Below are positions 19,000 to 28,686 of a DNA stretch of 64,000 nt, piece after piece. The stretch spans positions 38,696 through 102,695 of the forward strand of contig CAZBTX010000002.1 of NCBI GenBank assembly GCA_964494945.1, given 5' to 3'. Within the stretch, counting starts at the first letter, position 1. Each line of letters starts with the position of its first letter. The position numbers and the translations under genes were made by a program. The DNA comes from an uncultured Candidatus Saccharibacteria bacterium. Its GTDB lineage: Bacteria; Patescibacteriota; Minisyncoccia; Sungbacterales; JACQCQ01. Below the pieces are notes generated by a model. The model had not been told where the DNA came from. It did not search any database and saw only the letters and a program-made list of their open reading frames with translations.

Positions 19000-19086
19000 A
19001 CCGGGTAGTAGAAATTTGATTAAGCCGGGTTCGTTCGCCCGCCCGCGGCGGGCGAACCATCAAATTTTCACTACCCGGCATATACA
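18997..19086. mobile_element. MITE-like element with ~24-bp TIRs abutting leuS start codon
   Basis: TIRs cataccgggtagtagaaatttgat and atcaaattttcactacccggcatat flank an inner GC hairpin. The terminal cat is the leuS ATG on the minus strand. Confidence 0.55.
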
Positions 19087-19151
19087 AAGCTCACTATACA
19101 GGCGCTCTATCGCCGATTCAAGCCGAAACGGCGGACCCTTTTAACGCCTCG

Positions 19152-19198
19152 CCCGAAAAATTAACATTCTCGCATTCTTGAGAATATGAGAATGTTGT
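19152..19198 (-). terminator. rho-independent terminator for tatD
   Basis: Stem aacattctc/gagaatgtt with a T-run on the minus strand (aattttt). Confidence 0.5.
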
Positions 19199-20019
19199 TA
19201 AATGTTGAAAAGCTGGCGAGCATTTTTTGTTGTAATTTTACTCACTATATCAATATCTGTTCCTTTCCACTCGGCGATCTTAGCAACCGCGGCTTCCATG
19301 TATAGGGGCTCATTACGTTTGCCCCGATAAGGCATAGGAGCCACATACGGCGCGTCGGTTTCCAAGACAATTCTATCAAGCGGCACTGACTCAACGATGT
19401 CGCGATAACTTTCTGCAAACGTGATTACGCCGCCGAATCCCAGATAAAACCCCAGATCCATCAGGGCTTTGGCATCATCAACCGTGCCGCTGAAAAAATG
19501 GATGACGCCAGGGTTAGCGACATGGGGCATGTGACATGAGACAAGTAACTCAATCAAGTCGGCGAATGCTTCACGGCAATGGATAATTAACGGCTTTTTT
19601 AATTCTTTAGCAAGTTGAATTTGCGCTTCAAAAATTTCTTTTTGCTTTTTCCTTGTCTCTTGTCCCATGTCGCTTGTCGCTCTGTAGTAATCCAGTCCGC
19701 ACTCGCCTATGCCTAATACTTTGGGATGTTTGGCCAATTCACGAAGTTTTTCCAGATCAAAAACTTCCTCGGCGGGATGTTCTTTTTCCCACTCGTCGTG
19801 ATGCGTCGGCACAATATGCCCCGGATGGAATCCCACAGAGGCATAAACGCCTTCGGGATATTTTTCGGCAAGTTCTATGGCGCTTTGTGAAGTGGACTCT
19901 TGGGTTCCGACATTCACCATCCAAATTCCCGCCTCGAGCGCCCGCGAAATTACGGCTTTGCGATCTTCATTATAAACGGGAAACTGAACGTGGGTATGAG
20001 TGTCAATTAGTCGCGGCAT
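19198..20019 (-). CDS. tatD: TatD-family metal-dependent DNase/hydrolase
   Basis: N-terminal LIDTHTHV and the TatD fold. Confidence 0.7.
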   Translation of the reverse strand: MPRLIDTHTHVQFPVYNEDRKAVISRALEAGIWMVNVGTQESTSQSAIELAEKYPEGVYASVGFHPGHIVPTHHDEWEKEHPAEEVFDLEKLRELAKHPKVLGIGECGLDYYRATSDMGQETRKKQKEIFEAQIQLAKELKKPLIIHCREAFADLIELLVSCHMPHVANPGVIHFFSGTVDDAKALMDLGFYLGFGGVITFAESYRDIVESVPLDRIVLETDAPYVAPMPYRGKRNEPLYMEAAVAKIAEWKGTDIDIVSKITTKNARQLFNI

Positions 20020-20177
20020 GTGTTATGATATTTTCGCAGCAAGAGCGGCAAGGGGTTCATCCGGGGTTGGCCTGAGAGGATGATGGTGCGTACCCAAGCG
20101 CGCATCGTTTCAACATCCTGGGATTCACCTCCGCCCCCGCCGAGTGACATTCGGGCACACTTGGCCTTGCTGCTTTT

Positions 20178-21629
20178 TCATTTGCGCGGGAAAAGGGGGT
20201 CAATTTTTACACTAGGAATAAAAAGATAAAAACCCTCTGGAGCTTTTTTAATCCCTAGTCCACTTAAAATTTTTCTCGAAGAATCAGGCATAAGCGGCTG
20301 TAGCAGTTCAGCTATCTTACTAAGCACAGCCAGGGGTTCTATCAACATGGTCTTTCTCCTATCTTTTAAAAATTTCCATGGTTCCGTTTTATTGATTAAC
20401 TGATCAGCATAGGAAACAAGTTGTTGAATAATATTTATAGCACCATAAAACTCCAGCGACTCCATTAAGTTTTGATATTCCTGAGCCAATGAATCAATAT
20501 ATTTCTGTGATTCACCGCTTAACCCAAGAAGATTAATTTCCTGCTCGGCTGCTAGCGTAGTAATACGAGCTGCCAAATTCCCGATACCATTCGCCAAATC
20601 GGCATTGTATTTTTCGGTAAGTTTATCCCAGTCAAAATCGCCGTCCGCGCCGAAGGGAAATGCCGAGAGCAGAAGATACCTGGCGCCATCCACACCAAAT
20701 TTTTGGGTTATCTCATCCGGCGTAATGACATTACCGAGTGTTTTGGACATTTTCTGGCCGCCAATCGTGAAAAAACCGTGAGCAAAAACTTTTTTAGGCG
20801 GCTCTTCACCGGCCGCTAAAAGCAGGGCTGGCCAAACAACGGAGTGGAACCAAAGAATGTCTTTGCCGACTAAATGCAAATCCGCTGGCCAGCATTTTTC
20901 TTGGCTACCGTAGGTATAATAGTTAATCAGCGCGTCTACCCAAACGTAAACAGTCTGGGTTTCATCCCGGGGAATTGGTATCCCCCATTTGGTTTTCTTC
21001 ATGGAACGCGAAATGGAAATATCTTCCAATCCTTGGCGTAATTTACCCAAGATCTCGTTTTTGCGTTCATCTGGCGCTATAACCAGCTCGTCTGATTCAA
21101 TCAGTTTAATTAATTGATCCTGAAACTTGCTTAAATGGAAAAAGTAATTTTCTTCTTTGTGCCGCTCGGGGATAGTTTGATGGTCCGGGCATTTGTTATC
21201 AACTAGATCTGATTCGTTAAGAAATGCTTCATGCCCCACGCAGTAAAGTCCTTCGTAAATACCCTTGCTGACAAAACCGCGGTCATAAATTTTTTGCATG
21301 AACTGTTTGACGGTCGCCCCGTGATCGGAATCTGTTGTCCGAATAAAACGATCATATTGAACGCAGAGTTTGTCCCAAGTTTCGCGGAATACTGACGAAA
21401 TCTCATCAGCATAGGATTTGACGTCTTTGCCGCGAGCGGTTGCGGCTTTTTCAATTTTATCACCATGCTCATCCGTCCCTGTGAGCAAACGAACATCCTG
21501 CCCCATGGATTTCCGCCATCTGGCATAGACATCGGCCGCCACCGTGGTATAAGCATGCCCAATATGCGGCACGTCGTTGACGTAATAAATGGGGGTAGTG
21601 ATGAAATAAGGTTTTTTATTCATGCCCAA
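20178..21629 (-). CDS. metG: methionyl-tRNA synthetase (short form)
   Basis: HIGH motif (PHIGHAYT) and KMSKTLGN. Confidence 0.8.
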   Translation of the reverse strand: MGMNKKPYFITTPIYYVNDVPHIGHAYTTVAADVYARWRKSMGQDVRLLTGTDEHGDKIEKAATARGKDVKSYADEISSVFRETWDKLCVQYDRFIRTTDSDHGATVKQFMQKIYDRGFVSKGIYEGLYCVGHEAFLNESDLVDNKCPDHQTIPERHKEENYFFHLSKFQDQLIKLIESDELVIAPDERKNEILGKLRQGLEDISISRSMKKTKWGIPIPRDETQTVYVWVDALINYYTYGSQEKCWPADLHLVGKDILWFHSVVWPALLLAAGEEPPKKVFAHGFFTIGGQKMSKTLGNVITPDEITQKFGVDGARYLLLSAFPFGADGDFDWDKLTEKYNADLANGIGNLAARITTLAAEQEINLLGLSGESQKYIDSLAQEYQNLMESLEFYGAINIIQQLVSYADQLINKTEPWKFLKDRRKTMLIEPLAVLSKIAELLQPLMPDSSRKILSGLGIKKAPEGFYLFIPSVKIDPLFPRK

Positions 21630-22008
21630 AACGTCTTATTAGCCATAGCATAATCCAAGCTCCCGCGACATCAACGATGATATCTAATGCGGTATCCAAG
21701 GCGTACCATAGAGGCCCGCCATACTCGGCTGGTGTCGCGGAAACCAAAAATTCTATGACCTCAAAGACCGCTCCGATTAAGAAAACTGAAAAGAGAAGTA
21801 CTTTAGTCCGCGGGAAATAAGGATAGAAAAGACCGGCAACCAGCGCCCCTCCCAGAGTATGTACTGCTTTATCCCATTGGGGGAATAGGGTCCCGGTAGG
21901 CAAACCCGACGCCCAGAAATCCAAAAGGAACAGCAAAAGCAAAAGAAAAAGGGCGATGACTTGCCCCCCGGCAATCCCGGTCAGATCTGCTCTTGCCTTA
22001 CCAATCAT
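21616..22008 (-). CDS. small membrane protein, VanZ-like (tentative)
   Basis: 4 TM segments. KAVHTLGGALVAG resembles VanZ. Overlaps the metG start by 14 nt. Confidence 0.35.
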   Translation of the reverse strand: MIGKARADLTGIAGGQVIALFLLLLLFLLDFWASGLPTGTLFPQWDKAVHTLGGALVAGLFYPYFPRTKVLLFSVFLIGAVFEVIEFLVSATPAEYGGPLWYALDTALDIIVDVAGAWIMLWLIRRFGHE

Positions 22009-23051
22009 GCGCTGCTCTGCCTGCGTTTTTTCTTATCAAAATCATTCAGAAGCTCCACTAATACGGCGGTTACCGGCACCGCCAGCAAAAGTCCCAGAAT
22101 TCCCGCGAGTTCCGCGCCTATCAAAAGCGCTATAACCACCACGATCGGTGAAATGCCGAATGTGGTTTTCATTACCAGGGGTACCACAATGTGCGATTCC
22201 AACTGCTGCACCACTACATAAAGAATAATTACCATCAGCGCCAAAAAGGGACTTTGAAGAAAAGCTATCAAGGTAGCCGGAACAGCCGCCAGTATCGGCC
22301 CCGCGATGGGCACTAATTCAAAAATAGCGGCAATAAATGCGAATACCAAAGCGTATTTTACGTTAAGAAGCGTTAAACCAAGGTAGATCCCGACCCCTAT
22401 CAGGGCCCCCAAAAGCAGCTGGGCCCTCAACCACTGCCCCATTTTTTTCTGCGCCCTAAGCCACAGATCCACTGAATAGCTTTCGTATTTTAGGGGCAGA
22501 GCTATACGTATAAAGTCCTCGATCCCCTTTTCTTTTATGGCAAGATAAAATGACACCACTATCAGGATAACTACCGAAAATGCCCCACCGAAAAAACCGG
22601 AAGTGAACGACACCACCCCACTGGAAAATCCAGAGATATACTGTGACGGCTCCGCTAATAGGCCGCGGGCGTTTTCCCGAATGAAATCGATGAACGGTAA
22701 ATTACCGATACCCTGAATTTCACGCAAAACCTGCCGTTCAAATATCGGATAGGTAAGAGTGAAGCCCTGCAGTTCTTCCGCGAGCAACGGCACTATAAGA
22801 TAAACGGCGAATACCAGAGTTGAGATGGCCGCCAAAAAAATAAGTATAGTGGATAAAATCCGCGGAACGCGGAGACGCTGGAACCACTCAATGGCGGGTT
22901 CCATGGCCGAAGCCAGAACCACCGCAAATAAAAGTATCGCTACGATATCCCGTAACATATACAGCAGTACCAGCCCGAGTATCACGGAAAAGAACCTGAC
23001 CATTGTCCAGGTAGAGATATCAACGTAGTGGCGATTAACTTGTATTTGCAT
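22005..23051 (-). CDS. AI-2E family transporter (PerM/UPF0118)
   Basis: Multi-TM protein with AI-2E-like topology and conserved C-terminal region. Confidence 0.55.
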   Translation of the reverse strand: MQIQVNRHYVDISTWTMVRFFSVILGLVLLYMLRDIVAILLFAVVLASAMEPAIEWFQRLRVPRILSTILIFLAAISTLVFAVYLIVPLLAEELQGFTLTYPIFERQVLREIQGIGNLPFIDFIRENARGLLAEPSQYISGFSSGVVSFTSGFFGGAFSVVILIVVSFYLAIKEKGIEDFIRIALPLKYESYSVDLWLRAQKKMGQWLRAQLLLGALIGVGIYLGLTLLNVKYALVFAFIAAIFELVPIAGPILAAVPATLIAFLQSPFLALMVIILYVVVQQLESHIVVPLVMKTTFGISPIVVVIALLIGAELAGILGLLLAVPVTAVLVELLNDFDKKKRRQSSA

Positions 23052-23190
23052 ATCGGGTAGTAGAACTTCGGATAAGTAATAATACTATGAAACTACCGAT
23101 TTTCTTGCTTACAAGCAAATTTATTGAGTAAATCCCGTTATAAAATAATAGTCCGCTCTATCCCATCCGGAGTTTCACTACCCGACATAG
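23049..23190. mobile_element. MITE-like element filling the spacer between two minus-strand genes
   Basis: TIRs catatcgggtagtagaacttcggat and atccggagtttcactacccgacatag. The left terminal cat is the ATG of the 22005-23051 gene. The right end abuts the stop of the M16 gene. Confidence 0.55.
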
Positions 23191-23191
23191 T

Positions 23192-24460
23192 TTAGAGTTT
23201 TAGAAGCTTTTTGAACTTCTCCTCGTCCTTGAAGGGCCCGATGATGGCTAAGTTAAGCCGTTCCGGCCTAAATAGCTTTTTTGCTAACGCCTGAACTTGA
23301 GCTGGCGTTACTGCATCAATCTTAGCAAAAACTTCATCAATTGTAAGAGGTTTGCCAGTAAGCATCTCCTCGCTACCGACAAAATTGGCGACAGCATTAG
23401 AAGCCTCCATTGCGATAAGTGTGTGAGTTTTAATATACTCTTTAGTTCTTGTAAGCTCAGATACATTAACGCCCCGTTCTATCATCTTACTGTATTCACC
23501 CATAATAGCCGCCGTAGCCCTTTCAACATTGGAATGGGCCACACCGGCATAAGTTACTAAACACCCGCGATTGGAATAAGCACTGTGATCTGTCGCTATA
23601 TGATACGCAAGACCCAAACGCTCACGCACTGTATCAAACATACGCGAACTCCAGCTACCACCAAGAACTGTGGCTAGCATATCTGCGACATAACGGTCTT
23701 TATCCACCCCGGGAATACCACGAAATCCTAGCAAAATATGTGTTTGATCGGTTTCTTTAAAAATTACTTTCGTTTGAGGATTCTTATGTCGCAACTCACG
23801 GAACGAACCAAAAGGTTTAGGCTTGGTGGCACGAACCTTACTAAAAAGCGCTAATACTTTCCTTGTGACATACGATTCATCGCAATTCCCCGCTACCACA
23901 ACGGCAGTATTTTGTGCTGTGTATTGGCGGTTGAAATAATCCTTAAAATGTTTTGGCGTGAAAGAGCGAATATGCTCTTCGGTACCGCTGATATCCCTGC
24001 CCGCATTTTGATTGCCATAAAGCAACTTTTCATATTCAATGCCAACTTGACGCTCGGGAGTATCGGCAATCATGTGCATTTCCTCAATCACTACTTGACG
24101 CTCGCGATCGATTTCCTTTTGATCAAGCAATGAGTTGATATAGATGTCCGCAAGAATCTCTAGTGCTCGGTCAAGACGGGTCTTCGCAGTTTTTATGTAA
24201 TAACCGGTAATCTCGTGTGATGTAAAAGCGTTTTGTATACCGCCCATTTGGTTCATTTCACCTTTAATAATCTGCGGCGTGGGGCGTTTCTTTGTTCCTT
24301 TAAAGAACATATGCTCCAAAAAATGCGAAATACCAGCTTCTTTATTGGTCTCGTTGTCTGAACCTGTGCCGCAAAGAACAAGCACCGTCACAGTATTCGT
24401 GCCTTTCATGGGGGTGGTGATGATACGGAGTTTATTGGGTAAAGTGATTTTCTTAAACAT
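23192..24460 (-). CDS. M16-family zinc peptidase (insulinase/pitrilysin-like)
   Basis: HxxEH motif HFLEHMFFKG and the M16 N/C domains. Confidence 0.7.
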   Translation of the reverse strand: MFKKITLPNKLRIITTPMKGTNTVTVLVLCGTGSDNETNKEAGISHFLEHMFFKGTKKRPTPQIIKGEMNQMGGIQNAFTSHEITGYYIKTAKTRLDRALEILADIYINSLLDQKEIDRERQVVIEEMHMIADTPERQVGIEYEKLLYGNQNAGRDISGTEEHIRSFTPKHFKDYFNRQYTAQNTAVVVAGNCDESYVTRKVLALFSKVRATKPKPFGSFRELRHKNPQTKVIFKETDQTHILLGFRGIPGVDKDRYVADMLATVLGGSWSSRMFDTVRERLGLAYHIATDHSAYSNRGCLVTYAGVAHSNVERATAAIMGEYSKMIERGVNVSELTRTKEYIKTHTLIAMEASNAVANFVGSEEMLTGKPLTIDEVFAKIDAVTPAQVQALAKKLFRPERLNLAIIGPFKDEEKFKKLLKL

Positions 24461-24507
24461 GCGAAAGCATACTAGCTTATTTTTCTCTTATGGTCTAGGG
24501 TTTGGCC

Positions 24508-25881
24508 TTACTTGATTTTCGCGTTTAAGTATTCAACCAATTCCGAATCCTTAACTCGTTCCTGCTGCATAGTGTCGCGGTCGCGAACAGTAACGGAGCC
24601 GTCTTCTAACGTTTCAAAATCCACCGTGATACAGAATGGCGTGCCAATTTCGTCCTGGCTATAGTAGCGTTTGCCGATATTCCCCCGGTCATCCCAGGCG
24701 GTCATAAAATGCTGTTTTAGATTTCGATAGATAGCGCGTGCCCGCTCCACCAGCTCGGGCTTATTCGCAAGTAGCGGGAACACGGCGACTTTATAGGGAG
24801 CAATGGAGGGTGCAAGTCGCAGGACGGTGCGGTTCTCCTCCTCGTGATAAGCATCACAAAGAAGCGCAAATAGAATCCGCTCAACTCCTGCGGATGGTTC
24901 GATTACATATGGTATAAACCGCTCTTTAGTCTCCTCGTCGAAATAAGAAAGATTATCCCCCTCCCTAGTATGAGCCTGTAGATCAAAATTGCCGCGATTC
25001 GCAATTCCTTCAATTTCCTTCCGACCGAAAGGAAAATCATACTCAATATCTATTGTTGCTTTTGAATAATGTGCTCGTTCTTCCGTTGATTGTTCTCGTA
25101 AATGTATGTTGTTCAGACCAATGCGTTTGTACCATGCAAGACGCTCATCAACCCACATCCTGAAAGCTTTGTCATCATGTCCCGGCTTCACGAAATATTC
25201 CAACTCCATCTGCTCAAATTCGCGTGTACGAAAAATGAAATCCTTTGGATTGATTTCATTTCGGAATGCCCGGCCAATCTGCGCGATACCGAAAGGAACT
25301 TTAACTCGCATAGTATCAAGGATATTTTTGAAATTCACAAAAATGCCGCCAGCAGTTTCGGGGCGAAGATACGCGACCGAGGCATCGCCTTCCACGGGGC
25401 CGACAAAAGTTTTGAACATCAGGTTGAATTTACGCGGAAATCCTAGCGTATTCTTTCCGCCGCAACTCTCACAAACAACATCTTTAAAATCCGTGATTAA
25501 TTCATACGATTTATCCGAAAGGCCCGGAATCCTATTTACCTGTATTTTAATTTTATCCTCGCCGAAATCATCTGCTTTAAACCTTCTATGGCAGTTAGAA
25601 CATTCCACCAAAATATCAGAGAAGCCGATAACGTGTCCCGACGCCTCCCACACTTTTGGGTTCATGATAATAGCGGCGCTCAAACCGACAACGTCATCAC
25701 GCTCCGATACAACCGCCTTCCACCAAGCTTGTTTGATATTAAATTTCAATTCTGCGCCAAGCGGGCCGAAATCATAAAAGCCAGCGAGCCCGCCGTAAAT
25801 TTCCGACCCGGGAAAAACAAAACCGCGCCTTTTGGCGAGTGACACGATTTTATCCATAAGCGTCAGATTGTCCGCAGTCAT
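24508..25881 (-). CDS. glyQS: glycyl-tRNA synthetase (alpha2 dimeric type)
   Basis: N-terminal KRRGFVFPGSEIYGG is class II GlyRS-like. Confidence 0.8.
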   Translation of the reverse strand: MTADNLTLMDKIVSLAKRRGFVFPGSEIYGGLAGFYDFGPLGAELKFNIKQAWWKAVVSERDDVVGLSAAIIMNPKVWEASGHVIGFSDILVECSNCHRRFKADDFGEDKIKIQVNRIPGLSDKSYELITDFKDVVCESCGGKNTLGFPRKFNLMFKTFVGPVEGDASVAYLRPETAGGIFVNFKNILDTMRVKVPFGIAQIGRAFRNEINPKDFIFRTREFEQMELEYFVKPGHDDKAFRMWVDERLAWYKRIGLNNIHLREQSTEERAHYSKATIDIEYDFPFGRKEIEGIANRGNFDLQAHTREGDNLSYFDEETKERFIPYVIEPSAGVERILFALLCDAYHEEENRTVLRLAPSIAPYKVAVFPLLANKPELVERARAIYRNLKQHFMTAWDDRGNIGKRYYSQDEIGTPFCITVDFETLEDGSVTVRDRDTMQQERVKDSELVEYLNAKIK

Positions 25882-25896
25882 AAGTTGGTAGATTTA

Positions 25897-27783
25897 TTAC
25901 TTAACCACGCGCCAATCTTTGGCTGATGTCGTGGGGTCGCTTTTTAATTCCGTTGTCAGCGGCTCACCTGGCATTATTAAGTCCTGATTGGCAAAAATGT
26001 CGTGTCCTTTGGTTTCAATGGAGCTAACTAGCGCCGGTGTCTGGTTTATTTGATTTTCCCCGGGTGTGACACTGACAAGAAACGCGACCATGGGAGATGG
26101 TTTAATATTACCGGTTCCGGCGGGCACTGACCCTACTCGCCAAACTATGAGGCCAGACCCCTGGTCAAATGAAATTGAAGCATTAGAGGGATTTACCGTC
26201 CCCTCCCAAACGGCTCCGGGTGCCAATTTGCCGCGAACCTCAACGCCCGCGGTGTCATTAATGCTGTTAGCCAACTGCCAGATTATCACAAAACTGGTTT
26301 TCTGCCCTACTTTCGGCGGCAAGGGGCCCAGGGTCGGGATATATTGATTGTGGTACAGGGCCCGCGAGGAAAGTGTCAATTTCGTGGTGAATTTTGCCGT
26401 AATAATATCTTCGCTTGAAAGCAGAAGGCCTGATAGCCCCGCAGGTGCTTCGCCGGCGTTGATCACAGCACTTGAGGTAATGGTTGGGGTTTTTATATTA
26501 TCGGGAACTGTCGCTGATGTTCTTATGGAAAACTCCAGATCTCCCTCGCTTTTGGAAGGAAGCGAGGCGAAAGCCGGGAAGGAAGCGGCGTTCCAAACAA
26601 TTTTACCTTTAGCGCCATTGTATTCGCCGTCTTTTATTTCAAGTGTCGCCAGATCCAAAGTACTGTCGCCGAGCGCCACTTCCACGGAAATATTTTTAAG
26701 AGTAATGTCCAGATTGTTCTTGTAATGCAGTTGGAAGCGCAAACTATCACCGGGTTTTACCGTGATTTCTCTGGCTCCGTTGACTTTTTGCTCTATGGAC
26801 AAGGGTGGAGTAGCAATAGTTGAAATTTTCAAGGCTGTCTGATAGGGCATCCATTCTTTGGTAAGCGCGTTATACGGGCCGGCCTGGACCGTGAAGGTTT
26901 TGATCTCACCGGGGGCGCCGGAGATGGCGCCGTTAATGGTTATGCTGCCGGAATCCCCCGGAGCGATTGCTCCCAAAAACCAAACGGAGTCGCCCTCGCT
27001 GGGCGCGGGGTCAGCGGAAACAAAAGTAAATCCCGGCGGGTACTCAATACCCATATGCATATTTTCAAAGGGTGCTTGGGCATTAGAGGAATAATCAACG
27101 GTTATAACCACGTTTTGATTAGAGCGCAGATTGTCCGGCACGTTGATATTTAATACCAGTGGCACACGAACAATCTTGGTTTCGGCTTTGGCTTTAACGG
27201 CAAAACGCGCCGCGCCGTCCTCGGCGCGATACAATATAACGGCTTCAGCGGCTTTAACTTCCCCGGCTTTGCCGAAAAGTCGGGCTGAGACCTCAATGGA
27301 TTCTTCCTTGCCCGGCTCAATATCACCGAGGGTAATTCTTGTATGAAGCAGGTCAGTAGAATCTTCTTCGCGTTTTAGCGGAATGGAACCGCCAGGATAG
27401 GTGAACGAGAGTTCCACATCCTGCAGTTTTTTCGCGCCCTGATTTTTATATGAGACCTGATAGGTTGTTTTTTCGCCCGACTCTATCTCGTCTTTAACGA
27501 ATATACGAATAGTCAGGTCCTGCTTCTGAAATCCGAAAAAGAAAACACCGATAACGGCGAGAATCCCCACCAAAAAGACCGCCGCCGCAATCATCCCGAA
27601 CCTGAAGGATTTCCGCGGAGCATGACTTGGTGAAGGTTCTGCGGCGGTATTCCTCTGTATTTCTTCCCAGGATTTTTTGGTTTCGGTGTCGCCAATCTTA
27701 GGTCTACCGAAAAATTTCGGCTCAATTTCCGGCGTTTGGCCGGGCTCATAAAGAGAGTGTCTTGCGTCTTCCAATTTGCTCAT
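25897..27783 (-). CDS. large membrane-anchored surface protein with repeated beta-rich domains
   Basis: N-terminal TM helix followed by about 550 aa of Thr/Ser/Gly-rich repeated domains. No catalytic motif. Confidence 0.45.
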   Translation of the reverse strand: MSKLEDARHSLYEPGQTPEIEPKFFGRPKIGDTETKKSWEEIQRNTAAEPSPSHAPRKSFRFGMIAAAVFLVGILAVIGVFFFGFQKQDLTIRIFVKDEIESGEKTTYQVSYKNQGAKKLQDVELSFTYPGGSIPLKREEDSTDLLHTRITLGDIEPGKEESIEVSARLFGKAGEVKAAEAVILYRAEDGAARFAVKAKAETKIVRVPLVLNINVPDNLRSNQNVVITVDYSSNAQAPFENMHMGIEYPPGFTFVSADPAPSEGDSVWFLGAIAPGDSGSITINGAISGAPGEIKTFTVQAGPYNALTKEWMPYQTALKISTIATPPLSIEQKVNGAREITVKPGDSLRFQLHYKNNLDITLKNISVEVALGDSTLDLATLEIKDGEYNGAKGKIVWNAASFPAFASLPSKSEGDLEFSIRTSATVPDNIKTPTITSSAVINAGEAPAGLSGLLLSSEDIITAKFTTKLTLSSRALYHNQYIPTLGPLPPKVGQKTSFVIIWQLANSINDTAGVEVRGKLAPGAVWEGTVNPSNASISFDQGSGLIVWRVGSVPAGTGNIKPSPMVAFLVSVTPGENQINQTPALVSSIETKGHDIFANQDLIMPGEPLTTELKSDPTTSAKDWRVVK

Positions 27784-27922
27784 TGAGAATAATTATACCC
27801 CGTTAGAAATAGCATAAAAAGAACGAGATATGATGTGGGAGCTATTATATAACTAAGAACGGTTAGTATCTAAATGCTGGCTGCTAAATTTCTAACGGGG
27901 TATACCCCAATATTCAGTAGGG

Positions 27923-28573
27923 TTATATCGCATTGGCGGTTTGATTAAGAAAAAGGAACCTAAATCCCAAATATCTTTCAAATGACTGCGATACAAGACG
28001 CAAAATGCGTTTAAGGTCTTCACTGGATAGCGACTCACCCAAGGCCTTTTGGATAGTAAATTCTTCGTAGCGTTTTACGTATTCTCTCAAGTTATCGTCA
28101 CTGACCAAATCTGTATCGCGCGATAGCGCATATCCTAAAACCGAGAGTAAATTTAAGAGAAACCAAATAAGCGCCCTGTCGTGCTCGGCATCGGGTATGT
28201 AATTCTCTGTATCAAGCAATTTAAAAAAATCCGAAAGTACCCGCCAGATCGCTTTATCTTCACCTTCAAAAGCGATGGTTGAGAGTATAGTAGCAGCGGA
28301 GGCGGCTAATCTCTGTTTTTCCAAAGACGACACTATACCCAAGTGGGAATCAATTAACGACGCGCCAATCAGGCGATAGCCGCCCCTTCCTTCAACCAGT
28401 GTTATCTCGGTCTCGCTGAATATCTCCAGATGGCCCTTAAGTTTGGCGGATATCTTGCGAACTCCTTGAGCTACCGCGCGAATTAGGCCGAAACGCTCCG
28501 TATAGAGCGAGAAACTCAAATCTGCTTCCCCTTTTTCGGTATGTCCCAAAACAAATGTCCGGGTGCGGTACAT
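27923..28573 (-). CDS. recO: DNA repair protein RecO
   Basis: N-terminal OB-fold region (RTRTFVLGHTEKGEADL) and overall length fit RecO. Confidence 0.6.
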   Translation of the reverse strand: MYRTRTFVLGHTEKGEADLSFSLYTERFGLIRAVAQGVRKISAKLKGHLEIFSETEITLVEGRGGYRLIGASLIDSHLGIVSSLEKQRLAASAATILSTIAFEGEDKAIWRVLSDFFKLLDTENYIPDAEHDRALIWFLLNLLSVLGYALSRDTDLVSDDNLREYVKRYEEFTIQKALGESLSSEDLKRILRLVSQSFERYLGFRFLFLNQTANAI

Positions 28574-28686
28574 AGCTACGAACGCAAAAAGTAAAAATTA
28601 AATATCAAAATTATGGTATCGCTTCGCGATTAATTTTTGAATTTTGACTTGTCATTTTGACTTTTGATTTTTGAATTTTGATTTCA

